From contig CAYSCW010000003.1 in the NCBI GenBank assembly GCA_964429795.1, positions 67,061 to 131,060 of the forward strand: a DNA stretch of 64,000 nt, read 5' to 3'. Origin of the DNA: an uncultured Eubacteriales bacterium. GTDB taxonomy: Bacteria > Acidobacteriota > Aminicenantia > Aminicenantales > Aminicenantaceae. Below are positions 48,510 to 57,815 of this stretch, in pieces. The notes under the pieces are model-generated. The model ran no database searches. It was not told the origin of the DNA and was given only the letters and a program-made list of their open reading frames with translations. A program made the translations under genes and the position numbers. Positions within the stretch are counted from its first letter, which is position 1, and the number at the start of each line of letters is the position of its first letter.

Positions 48510-50873
48510 ATGAATGAAAGGATAAAAAAACTAAGGGAGCAAAGCATTAATACCAAACCTTGGATTACTCCAGAAAGAGCTAAACTAATAACTGAATTTT
48601 GCAAAAATGACATTGCTAATAGAGTATCATCCCCAGTGAAAAGAGCTTTGGCCCTAAAATATTTGATGGAACATAAAACAATCTGCATTAATGAAGGAGA
48701 GCTGATTGTTGGTGAGAGAGGCCCTTCTCCCAGGGCAACACCGACCTACCCAGAGATCACTATTCATAGCCTTGAAGACCTTGAAATCCTAAATTCAAGG
48801 AAAAAAACCTCATTTTCAGTAAATGACAAAACAAAAACGATATATAAAGAGGAGATTATTCCCTTCTGGAAGGGAAAATCAATCAGGGACAGAATTTTTA
48901 ATGAAATGTCCGATGAATGGAAAGATGCCTATGAAGCTGGAATCTTTACTGAGTTTATGGAGCAGAGAGCTCCTGGTCATACAGTCCTGGATAACAAAAT
49001 TTATAAGAAAGGATTTCTTGATTTTAAAGAAGATATAAAAAGAAGCATCCAAAATCTCGATTTTTTTAACGACCCTGAAGCTTACAAAAAACGGGAAGAA
49101 CTTAAGGCTATGGAAATCGCTGCAGATGCTTTGATTCGGTATGCAGAGCGACATGCGGAAAAAGCTAGAGAATTGGCTAAAAAAGAGAAAGATCCTCAAA
49201 GGAGAAAAGAGTTCGAGAAAATAGTCGAGATTTGTACTCATGTTCCGGCTCATGTTCCTCGCAATTTTTGGGAAACGTTGCAGTATTACTGGTTTGTTCA
49301 CCTAGGAGTGATAATAGAGCTTAATGGTTGGGATTCTTTTAATCCTGGAAGACTCGACCAGCATCTTTATCCATTCTACAAAAAAGGATTAGAAGATGGC
49401 TCTCTAACAAAAGAAAGCGCCAAAGAGCTTTTAGAGGCTTTCTGGATCAAATTTAACAATCAACCAGCTCCTCCAAAAGTAGGTGTGACTGCGGAAGAAA
49501 GCAGCACCTATACTGATTTTGCCTTGATAAACACCGGTGGAGTTAAGGCTGATGGGTCAGATGCGGTGAATGAGCTTTCCTACTTTATCCTTGATATAGT
49601 AGAGGAGATGAGAATTCTACAGCCGAGCTCAGCTGTTCAGATAAGCAAGAAGAGCCCGGACAGATTCTTAAAGAGGGCTCTTCATATAATCAAAACAGGA
49701 TTTGGTCAGCCATCAATATTCAATACAGACGTTATTGTTCAAGAGCTGGTGAGACAGGGAAAATCAATTGAAGATGCTAGGAACGGAGGTTCAAGTGGTT
49801 GCGTAGAGGTAGGAGCTTATGGAAAGGAAAACTATAATCTTACCGGATACTTTAATATAGTGAAGGTGTTGGAGATCACGCTGAATAATGGATTAGATCC
49901 AAGAACTGGCAAAAAAATTGGACTAGAAACAGGAGACCTTTCTCATTTCAGCTCTTTTGACGAACTCTTTGAAGCCCTCAAAAAACAGCTAAAATATTTT
50001 GTCGACATCAAAATTCAAGGGAACAATATCATAGAAAGACTATATGCTGAATATGTACCAGCACCTTTCCTCTCGCTTCTCATAGATGATTGTATCGAAA
50101 AGGGAAAAGATTATCATGATGGCGGAGCACGTTACAACACATCTTATATCCAGGGTGTAGGGTTGGGAACTGCGACAGATTCTTTAACTGCCGTTAAATA
50201 CAATGTGTACGATAAAAAAATTATCTCAATGAAGGAAATCCTGGAGGCTCTAAAGAACAATTTTACTGGCAGCGAAAATCTACGCCAAATGCTTTTGAAC
50301 AAAACCCCCAAATACGGAAATGATGAAGATTATGCTGATGAGGTCATGAAATCTATTTTTGAAGCTTATTATGAGGCTATAGACGGAAGACCCAACACAA
50401 AAGGCGGACGTTACTGTATAAATATGCTTCCTACCACAGTTCACATTTATTTTGGCCGAGTTGTAGGAGCTACTCCGGATGGGAGGAAAGCCTCTGAGCC
50501 TTTATCTGAAGGTGTTTCGCCTGTTCAGGGTGCTGACCGACATGGCCCCACGGCGGTTATAAAATCGGTGGCCAAAATGGACCACGCTCGCACAGGGGGA
50601 ACCCTTCTTAACCAAAAATTTTCCCCTAATCTTTTAGCCACGGAAGAGGGAATAGACAAGCTAGCCTATCTCATACGTTCCTTTTTTAAACTTGACGGCC
50701 ACCATATCCAGCTCAATGTGATCACTGCCGAGACTCTGCGAGATGCCCAAAAAAATCCAGAAAAATACAGAGATCTCATTGTACGAGTGGCAGGCTACAG
50801 CGACTATTTCTTGGATATCAACAAAGACCTTCAGGATGAAATCATTGCTAGGACAGAACATCAAGTATTTTGA
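48510..50873 (+). CDS. hypD: Glycyl radical enzyme, trans-4-hydroxy-L-proline dehydratase type
   Basis: FMEQRAPGHT, WDSFNPGR, ESSTYTDFA, GCVE, LTGY, LPTT and VRVAGYS; the HypD-type active-site residues appear retained. Confidence 0.85.
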   Translation: MNERIKKLREQSINTKPWITPERAKLITEFCKNDIANRVSSPVKRALALKYLMEHKTICINEGELIVGERGPSPRATPTYPEITIHSLEDLEILNSRKKTSFSVNDKTKTIYKEEIIPFWKGKSIRDRIFNEMSDEWKDAYEAGIFTEFMEQRAPGHTVLDNKIYKKGFLDFKEDIKRSIQNLDFFNDPEAYKKREELKAMEIAADALIRYAERHAEKARELAKKEKDPQRRKEFEKIVEICTHVPAHVPRNFWETLQYYWFVHLGVIIELNGWDSFNPGRLDQHLYPFYKKGLEDGSLTKESAKELLEAFWIKFNNQPAPPKVGVTAEESSTYTDFALINTGGVKADGSDAVNELSYFILDIVEEMRILQPSSAVQISKKSPDRFLKRALHIIKTGFGQPSIFNTDVIVQELVRQGKSIEDARNGGSSGCVEVGAYGKENYNLTGYFNIVKVLEITLNNGLDPRTGKKIGLETGDLSHFSSFDELFEALKKQLKYFVDIKIQGNNIIERLYAEYVPAPFLSLLIDDCIEKGKDYHDGGARYNTSYIQGVGLGTATDSLTAVKYNVYDKKIISMKEILEALKNNFTGSENLRQMLLNKTPKYGNDEDYADEVMKSIFEAYYEAIDGRPNTKGGRYCINMLPTTVHIYFGRVVGATPDGRKASEPLSEGVSPVQGADRHGPTAVIKSVAKMDHARTGGTLLNQKFSPNLLATEEGIDKLAYLIRSFFKLDGHHIQLNVITAETLRDAQKNPEKYRDLIVRVAGYSDYFLDINKDLQDEIIARTEHQVF

Positions 50874-51300
50874 GCAATCTCTCACTCCTACTGCAGAGGC
50901 CCTTCTCCTGAAAAAGTCAATCTCCTGCTCACAAGCAAGCCCATCAGGAAAACCGAGCATGGAAGCCACTTTCTGCCCATAGGCCTGCAAATATTAAACT
51001 CCTTACTTAGAGATTTGCCCCCGGAATGAACTCTTCTTCACCCAGGAAACAGCCAGAAGTAATTCCTAGGAAATCCAGAAGTTTTACTGAGCTTGATAAA
51101 TATTTCCGTTGGCAAGAAAATAAGAATCATATATAATAATTAAAGTCGATAGAGAGTTTGCCAGGGAGAGGAAAAAGAAGAATTAGGACAAAATCAACTA
51201 CCAATTCTCAAGATTCAGGAATTCCTCTATATTTAAGGGCGTGATATAGGTTAATGTCTTTATCTCTGAAATAGCTGAGAAAGATGTTCATCTTGATGAA

Positions 51301-51636
51301 GTGTCAATAAAAATGGCCATGTTTTCCAAAAAGTGGGAAGTCTGTCTTTATTCTGATTATCCTAAATACAGGGAACTCTGCAAAAATTTCAGGACATTCT
51401 GGCGAGCCACTCGATTTATGAGAAAGCACCTGGGCAAGGATGAAGAATTCTATTGTGCCACTATCTGGCGGGAGAACACCTCTTCCTTCTATACTTTTTA
51501 CTGGAATGGAAAAAGAATCATCCATTGGAAATACCGGAAAAAACCCTGGGTTTTCTCCCGCAGACAGGCCCGAAGATTGAGGATTAACAGGCACGGACAG
51601 GTTATCTTCACCCCTTATGTTGATCGGGTCGTCTGA
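51301..51636 (+). CDS. Small basic, aromatic-rich hypothetical protein
   Basis: 111-aa ORF with protein-like composition (W/Y/F/R/K-rich); no recognised family. Confidence 0.5.
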   Translation: MSIKMAMFSKKWEVCLYSDYPKYRELCKNFRTFWRATRFMRKHLGKDEEFYCATIWRENTSSFYTFYWNGKRIIHWKYRKKPWVFSRRQARRLRINRHGQVIFTPYVDRVV

Positions 51637-51851
51637 CCGCAATTTCGCTTGAAACAGGGATTGCTGAGTATAAAAAAAATGCTGGCTGTGAGAATCTCTA
51701 GCGATAAAGGAGGACTGACAGTGGAGGAGCCCTGCCCAGCCAGCTCAGCGGGACCTTATATTTAGTCGGGCATGAAGCGACTATATGAATAAAGGGGGAG
51801 GAAATAATTCCCGTTCCCCTGTTTTGTCGCTACTTCTCGATCCGCCCCTCC

Positions 51852-52238
51852 TTATTCGAACCACACTTTTAGAGTCACTCCTTTCTCACAGATCTCCATC
51901 ACCGACATCGGACCCAGCTTCTTAAGATCCCGAAAAAGATCCATAAGATTCACATCACAATCATCGCGTTTTATCCTCATATGTTTGTCTTCAGTACACT
52001 TTAAAAAATATTCAACCAAGGCAACAGGCAGTGTCATCCTGACTTTGTCTTTTTTGTTTCGATTGTCGGTGATAAGAAGCTTAAACCACATCACCTCTCT
52101 TCCCGATTTATAGGCAGGATTCTTTTTGACTGCCTTCTTGATGATTTGAATATCATCACTGCTTTCTGCGACCAATGCTGTAGTCAGGAGCAGACTCAAA
52201 AGGATGATGACCACAATTAAAATCGCCGCTTTTTTCAC
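51852..52238 (-). CDS. Exported hypothetical protein of the ECF operon
   Basis: Signal peptide; FKLLITD..KVRMTLPVALV motif. Confidence 0.8.
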   Translation of the reverse strand: MKKAAILIVVIILLSLLLTTALVAESSDDIQIIKKAVKKNPAYKSGREVMWFKLLITDNRNKKDKVRMTLPVALVEYFLKCTEDKHMRIKRDDCDVNLMDLFRDLKKLGPMSVMEICEKGVTLKVWFE

Positions 52239-52253
52239 GATTACCTCCTTTCT

Positions 52254-53099
52254 CTAATCTATCCACATTTTTATGGTTATTTTATCTCCCTGGATCACGA
52301 TGACATTCGCTCTGAGTCTGGTCAGTTCGTCTCTTATTCTATCCAGATCATAGCCCCTCTCTTTTATCAGTGCCTTTTCCTCATCTCCGATAGCACCAAA
52401 CACAAGATCAGCTAGAGCCCAGGGAATATTGATGGAAAATTTTGTCTTGTTGGTCTCCGTTTCATAGACTCTTATCTTAAAAATAACTGCCCTTCTCTCG
52501 TAGCGTTCCTCCTCAAAATCTCTCAGAGCTTCTGGATCAATACGGAGCATGGCTATTTTTGCCCTGTCTCTAAGTTCATCGTCCCTCTCCTTGCTGATAA
52601 TCTCTTTCAACACCGGAAGTCCCCGAGCCGCAACCTTTCTCTCCTTGATATAGCTCAGCTTTAAAGCAGCATAATATTTGATCACTTTGTTCAGGCTGGA
52701 GAGTCTGCTCTCGATTTCCCTCAGGTAAGATTTTTCCCCTGCTTTGTACAGATCTGAGGCTAAGTCAATGATGGAAATCTCCGATTCCTCGACTAAACCC
52801 CTATTACGGTCTTTGAGCTGAACATAACCTTTGTACGCGTTTATCGCCTCCTTCTCCTTGCCTTCCTGTTCCTGCAGGCATTTGGCTCTGTAGAAGAAAG
52901 CCAGCGGGTACCAGCGGCTCTCAGGAAAATCACGGATGATCTCCTCCAGCATTTCTTGAGCCTTTTGCCATTCCTTGTCGAACATAAGTATTTTTGCTTC
53001 TTTAAAGAGTTTCTCATCGGGTTGATCCTTGGCATAAAGCTGAAGGGTAAAAGGGACAAGACAAAAAATTAGGCAATATATTCCTATTCTTTTTTTCAT
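52254..53099 (-). CDS. Exported TPR/BamD-like repeat protein
   Basis: Signal peptide; A...F..II..FPESRW..LA.FY.A TPR; C-terminal FKIRVYE..KFSINIPWAL motif. Confidence 0.82.
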   Translation of the reverse strand: MKKRIGIYCLIFCLVPFTLQLYAKDQPDEKLFKEAKILMFDKEWQKAQEMLEEIIRDFPESRWYPLAFFYRAKCLQEQEGKEKEAINAYKGYVQLKDRNRGLVEESEISIIDLASDLYKAGEKSYLREIESRLSSLNKVIKYYAALKLSYIKERKVAARGLPVLKEIISKERDDELRDRAKIAMLRIDPEALRDFEEERYERRAVIFKIRVYETETNKTKFSINIPWALADLVFGAIGDEEKALIKERGYDLDRIRDELTRLRANVIVIQGDKITIKMWID

Positions 53100-53100
53100 C

Positions 53101-53901
53101 TTAGACCTCGCTTTCTTTAAGCTCCCTCTTCAAGAGTTTTATCTTCAACAAAAGCTGGTTTTCTTCGATCAATCTCCGAATTCTTTCCAGATCTTCTCTG
53201 GTTAGCTGTTCTCCCATTTGAGTCAACTCATAGAAAAGAAGTTCGATCTGGTCGCAGATCTCTTTGGCTTTCGCCATCTGGAATTTCATCAACTGGGGAT
53301 TGATGTATTTCTTCTTGGAAAGAAGATCTCTCGCCTTTTCAAAGGCCAGCTCGGGCTTTCTGAGTTCCTCCCTGTCAGGAGAATACTGGACAAAATCCAG
53401 AAGCAAAAATTGGCTTTCATCCAAGTAATCCAAAGTCTCTCTTCGGGCCATCTCTGTCTCCACCTTTTCCAAAAAATCTCGGGAGACAATGAATGCCTCT
53501 CCCCTCTCTTTCACAAAAGGGCGCTGGAAGATCAAAAGTGTGGCCAGAGATCCGATGAGAATCCCCACTAGGATTCCTGCATAAACAGGCCTCATCTTGG
53601 ATTGAAAGGCAATCCTCATGAATCTGGCAAGCCATCCTTCTCTTGAAGGCTGCGGAACCTTCTCCAACACCGCTTCTGTGATCTTGGAAGGAAGAGATTC
53701 CCAATCTATAGAATCCATGGCTTCTTGAATGTCAGCATGAAGGGTATCCGCCTTCTCTGTCATTTCCCTGATTTCATGGATCGCTCTCTGACAGTGGGAA
53801 CATCCCACAAGATGGGAGAGGAAGCGGTCCCTTTCCTTTGCCTCGAGCTCCCCAAAAAGAAAAGCTACCCTATCCTGTTCATGCTTTTTACATTCCCTCA
53901 T
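53101..53901 (-). CDS. Zinc-finger (ZAS/zf-HC2) transmembrane anti-sigma factor
   Basis: HLVGCSHC (HxxxCxxC), single TM, directly downstream of the ECF sigma gene. Confidence 0.85.
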   Translation of the reverse strand: MRECKKHEQDRVAFLFGELEAKERDRFLSHLVGCSHCQRAIHEIREMTEKADTLHADIQEAMDSIDWESLPSKITEAVLEKVPQPSREGWLARFMRIAFQSKMRPVYAGILVGILIGSLATLLIFQRPFVKERGEAFIVSRDFLEKVETEMARRETLDYLDESQFLLLDFVQYSPDREELRKPELAFEKARDLLSKKKYINPQLMKFQMAKAKEICDQIELLFYELTQMGEQLTREDLERIRRLIEENQLLLKIKLLKRELKESEV

Positions 53902-53904
53902 TTT

Positions 53905-54525
53905 TTATCTCCCTATATAAGGGGCCATTATGACCCTGAGGTTTTGAACGGCTTTAAAATGAAGGGATTTCACCGTTCCCGAAGAAATGCCCAAAATCTG
54001 AGCGATCTCTCTGTACTTGAGCTGATTGTACTGTTTCATGACAAAAATCATCCTCTGTTTCTCAGTGAGTTTTATCAGGCTGCGCTTCATGATGTCCTTC
54101 AAATCCAAGGATCGAAAGTTCTTATCATCCTCATCTGGCAAATTCATATCGCCGATATCTCCATCTATTTGCCATTCGCTTCTCTTGCTGTGATCCTTGC
54201 GATAATGATCGATACATATATTTTTGGCTATCTGGAGCAGCCAATTCTTAAAATTCTTTCCCTTCTCATACAAATGAACCTTCTGGTAGAACCTGAGAAA
54301 TGTTTCCTGAATAATGTCCATAGCATCTTCCCGGTTATGAAAAAAAGAATAGGCCAGCAAGAAAACCTTTTTCTGATAAAGACTCACCACTGTCATGAAA
54401 GCCTGTCTGTCTCCTTGTTTGATTTTTTCCACAAGGGAAGAGATATCTTCATTGGTGCTCTCTCTCTCTTCTAACATACTCTGTATCTCTGCTGATTTCT
54501 TCAGGATATAGCCAAGCGGGCTCAT
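53905..54525 (-). CDS. ECF RNA polymerase sigma factor
   Basis: D..QETFLR, FKNWLLQIAKN.CID.YR and EIA..LG...GTVKS motifs. The real start may be downstream (MLEERE). Confidence 0.93.
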   Translation of the reverse strand: MSPLGYILKKSAEIQSMLEERESTNEDISSLVEKIKQGDRQAFMTVVSLYQKKVFLLAYSFFHNREDAMDIIQETFLRFYQKVHLYEKGKNFKNWLLQIAKNICIDHYRKDHSKRSEWQIDGDIGDMNLPDEDDKNFRSLDLKDIMKRSLIKLTEKQRMIFVMKQYNQLKYREIAQILGISSGTVKSLHFKAVQNLRVIMAPYIGR

Positions 54526-54939
54526 TCACTCAAGCCATAGGAGAATTTTACTCTTTTGGTCATCCAATTCAAACAAAAGCCCAGGACCGATATCCTTCAA
54601 ATCGTCTAAGCCTCTCCACTCGATATCATACTCATCCTCAAAATCAAATCCATGGTGCTCTTTAGCCGCTGTCACCACTTCCCTATAGTTATTCGCAACC
54701 CAAACAGGAGCTGTGACTCTAAACAATTTTCGGTGGGAACCTTCGTAAATGAGAACATGGATAGAATGAGGCCTTCCTTCTCTGCGGGGATATCGTTTGT
54801 GAATTCTTCCAATCTGGCGATAGGCTTCACGAAAATACCGGTTCGGATTTTTCACGTTCTCCTTGATCTCAAGGGCAATACAAGAAATCAACAAAACAGA
54901 CAATGCACTCAACAGTCCAATCTGAAAGACTTTTTTCAT
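54526..54939 (-). CDS. Lipoprotein, first gene of the ECF operon
   Basis: ATG 54939 with GAGG RBS; lipobox LISC; IHVLIYE..LFRVTAPVWV motif. Confidence 0.8.
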   Translation of the reverse strand: MKKVFQIGLLSALSVLLISCIALEIKENVKNPNRYFREAYRQIGRIHKRYPRREGRPHSIHVLIYEGSHRKLFRVTAPVWVANNYREVVTAAKEHHGFDFEDEYDIEWRGLDDLKDIGPGLLFELDDQKSKILLWLE

Positions 54940-54972
54940 AACTAACCTCTTGAGAGAATCTTCAAAGTGTAT

Positions 54973-54998
54973 TACGGTGGGTTTTCTAAAAAGGTTCA
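54973..54998 (-). promoter_or_regulatory. ECF-sigma promoter, probably autoregulatory
   Basis: Minus strand TGAACC-N16-CGTA, like the TGAAAC-N16-CGTA ECF consensus. Confidence 0.65.
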
Positions 54999-55022
54999 CG
55001 TTTATGAATATTTTATCCAACA

Positions 55023-55161
55023 GGGACGTTCCCTGCGGGGGCGTCCTTTCTGATTCTAGTTATGAATTCAATGAGAAAGAAAAAGTTTCCCCCCGGGAAC
55101 GTCCCCATGAGGCGGCGGTCTCTGTCAGTCCGAAGCCCATGGAGGAGGGTGGGAGGGTCTT
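55023..55161. repeat. Dispersed palindromic repeat, copy 3
   Basis: GGGACGTTCCC / GGGAACGTCCC inverted repeat (55023-55033 / 55095-55105). 55108-55161 is 46/54 identical to 57600-57653. Confidence 0.72.
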
Positions 55162-55168
55162 CCTGGTT

Positions 55169-56443
55169 TTACTTATAGCGGATCCACTTGACGATTTCCT
55201 GGAAGCTGGGACGCTTGCCGTACATCAGAATGCCCACCCTGTATATCTTTCCGGTGAGCCAAATCATCAAGAATATGGTCAAGAGAAGAATCCCGATGGA
55301 TCCTGCTACTTGAATGAAAGGGGGAAGAAGCACACAGATGCGAAGAAGCATCAGAATGGGAGCGAAAAAGGGAATCAGAGAAAGAACAACCGCAAATGTG
55401 CTGTTTGGTGCTCTTATCACGAACATGATGAGCAAAATCGGAACAACCAGAAACATGGTGACCGGAAAGAGGAGTTGCTGAGCTTCCTTTTCTGAATTGA
55501 CCATGGAGCCGATGGCCGCATAAAAGGTCCCATAAAGAAAATACCCCAGGATGAAGAACACCACGAAATAGACGAAGATATAAGGAGGGACGCTGGGAAG
55601 CTTAAACCCGGAGGCTCCAGGGAAGATGGACACAATCAACGATTTGCTGTAGCGAGTGGCAGAAAAGCCAAAAATAGCCCAGATCGTATATTGAGTAAAA
55701 CCTACAGCAGCGATCCCCAAGATTTTTCCAGCCATCAACTGAAAAGGCCTGAGAGAGGAGAGGACAATCTCCACGACCCGGGAGGTTTTCTCCTCGATCA
55801 CCCCTCTCATGATGATTGCCCCGTAGAAGAAAAGAGTCATATAGAGAATAAGCACCAAAATATAAGCAATGAGGAAAGTGCCTCCTGTATCTTCTTCCTC
55901 TCCTTTCTTGGTCACCTTGATGGTTTTTAATCCCACCCTTTTAATGTACTGAGCGATCTTTCGGGGATCCAGCCCTTCTCTGCGCAAACGTTTTTCGATG
56001 ATAACGCTGTTTAAAGTTTCATTGATGTTTCTCAATTTTGTGAAATCAGAAACATGCTCAGAGACATATTCGGCTGTTCCATCCTCTATTACGTTCCCGG
56101 GTATATGGAGATAAGCGTTAAGGGATTTATGCAACACTTTCTGGTTCAAATCTTGCCTTAGCGCTTCCATATCTGCAGCGGGCTTATATTCTTCCAGGAT
56201 ATAGCGTCGGTTCCCATCTTTCAGTTTGTGGTCAAGCTTTTTGTCCAGGGCCTCAAAAATCTCATGAGTCTCGTCCACCACGCCAATCCGTTCCTGCTCT
56301 CCAACTGAAACTACGGAAACCAGAAAAGGCACAAAAATGATGGCGCCCATGAGCACAGGCCCCAAAATGGTCCCGATGATAAAACCTTTGGTTTTAACGA
56401 TCTGGAGATATTCTCTCTTAATGACTGACCATATCTTTTTCAT
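55169..56443 (-). CDS. ABC-2 type exporter permease (NatB/YhaP-like)
   Basis: REY...VKTKGF, EEKTSRVVEIVLSSLRPFQLMAGK and IPFFAP..M..R motifs. Confidence 0.9.
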   Translation of the reverse strand: MKKIWSVIKREYLQIVKTKGFIIGTILGPVLMGAIIFVPFLVSVVSVGEQERIGVVDETHEIFEALDKKLDHKLKDGNRRYILEEYKPAADMEALRQDLNQKVLHKSLNAYLHIPGNVIEDGTAEYVSEHVSDFTKLRNINETLNSVIIEKRLRREGLDPRKIAQYIKRVGLKTIKVTKKGEEEDTGGTFLIAYILVLILYMTLFFYGAIIMRGVIEEKTSRVVEIVLSSLRPFQLMAGKILGIAAVGFTQYTIWAIFGFSATRYSKSLIVSIFPGASGFKLPSVPPYIFVYFVVFFILGYFLYGTFYAAIGSMVNSEKEAQQLLFPVTMFLVVPILLIMFVIRAPNSTFAVVLSLIPFFAPILMLLRICVLLPPFIQVAGSIGILLLTIFLMIWLTGKIYRVGILMYGKRPSFQEIVKWIRYK

Positions 56444-57347
56444 CCCTTGCTCCCACTTTCTCGATAAAGATGGCATTCAAAGTGGGTTCTCTCACTTCGA
56501 ACTTGTTTACCCTGATCTTTCCCACAATTTTGGGAAGCAGCACTTGGGGATCGATCTCCTCTTTCAACCGGATTTCCATGAATTTGCCGTAGTCATCGAG
56601 TCTGTCAATCTCTGGAAAATCTTTTATGAAACAACCATCCCCTTCATAGTCAAGAATCACGGTGTTCTTTCCGTACTGCTTTTTGATCTGACTCAAGTCC
56701 CCCTCTAAGATTCTCTCTGCTTTGTTGATAAGACAGATGTTGTCGCAAATCATCTCTACCTGCTCCATACGGTGAGTTGAGAAAATCACCGTCCTTCCCT
56801 CGGCCTTCATCTCTAACATGATGTCTTTCAACAGTTTAGTGTTGACAGGATCCAGGCCGGAAAAAGGCTCATCCAGGATAATCAGCTCAGGTTGATGGAT
56901 GACGGTGGCGATAAACTGGAGCTTTTGCTGCATCCCGCGGGAAAGCTCTTCAACCTTTTTGTCCTTCCAATCGGCAAGATCAAACCTTCCCAACCATGAG
57001 TTGATTTTCTTCCGGGCATCGAGTTTAGCCATTCCCTTAAGCTCGGCAAGAAAAAGAAGAAGTTCTCCTACCTTCATCTTGGGATAAAACCCTCTATCTT
57101 CGGGAAGGTAGCCTATCCTCTCTTTCATCTCTTCATCCATTTTCCGATCGAGTACCTTGATTCGGCCCTCATCGGGGATAATGATGTTCATCACCATCCG
57201 GATTGTAGTCGTTTTTCCTGCACCATTGGGACCCAGAAGACCGTAGATAGTCCCTTCGGAGATGTTGAAGGTAAGATTTTTTACCGCATAGAAATCTCCA
57301 AAACTTTTGGAGATGTTTTCGACCTCAAGCGCGTTCATTTTTACCAT
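56418..57347 (-). CDS. ABC transporter ATP-binding subunit (NatA/YhaQ-like)
   Basis: GPNGAGKTT, LSRGMQQK, LDEPFSG and STH motifs. Confidence 0.93.
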   Translation of the reverse strand: MVKMNALEVENISKSFGDFYAVKNLTFNISEGTIYGLLGPNGAGKTTTIRMVMNIIIPDEGRIKVLDRKMDEEMKERIGYLPEDRGFYPKMKVGELLLFLAELKGMAKLDARKKINSWLGRFDLADWKDKKVEELSRGMQQKLQFIATVIHQPELIILDEPFSGLDPVNTKLLKDIMLEMKAEGRTVIFSTHRMEQVEMICDNICLINKAERILEGDLSQIKKQYGKNTVILDYEGDGCFIKDFPEIDRLDDYGKFMEIRLKEEIDPQVLLPKIVGKIRVNKFEVREPTLNAIFIEKVGARDEKDMVSH

Positions 57348-57599
57348 CCTCAATAAGAATTATACCTTTATTCTTTTCTTTTTAAATCTGGCGGAGTCTA
57401 TCTCCAAGAGTCGACTCATGATACTTGCTCTTTTTCGGGGGAACCTCCAATCCTTTGATACGATGAAAATGCAAGGTAAGTTTTGGGATTGAAAGTCTTC
57501 CCTTCAAGTATTGAAATTATAAATGAATTTTTATATATTTCAACTCCCTTAAGATCGCATCTTTATTACCCCGTGAAAATATCTCATCCAGCTAGGCAG

Positions 57600-57678
57600 T
57601 GAGGCGTCGGTTCCTCTCCATCCGATGCCCATGGCGGAGGGTGGGAGGGTCTTGGCGAGGATGGAGAGGAACCGCCGC
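57600..57678. repeat. Dispersed palindromic repeat, copy 4
   Basis: 19-bp stem 57604-57622 / 57660-57678 (18/19); shares 46/54 with 55108-55161. Confidence 0.75.
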
Positions 57679-57815
57679 TGTTAATAGCGATCACAGAACA
57701 GATGTACTCTTCTCAGAATTTCTTTTCTTCAATAGCACTCGACTTTCTGCTATATTTTATTCATAACTGCTACAATGGTCCATACGTATTTTTTAGTGAT
57801 GAAGAGGAGGATAAG

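Noticed and set aside
48510-50873. Pyruvate formate-lyase annotation
   Set aside because: Single-Cys GCVE loop rather than the PFL CC motif; HypD-type residues present.
50874-51120. Possible degraded minus-strand gene (GCFLGEEEFIPG..., PilZ-like impression)
   Set aside because: Interrupted by stops and too short to support without a search.
51650-51665. TGAAAC-N5-TTGCT as a second sigma54 promoter
   Set aside because: Lacks the essential GG at -24.
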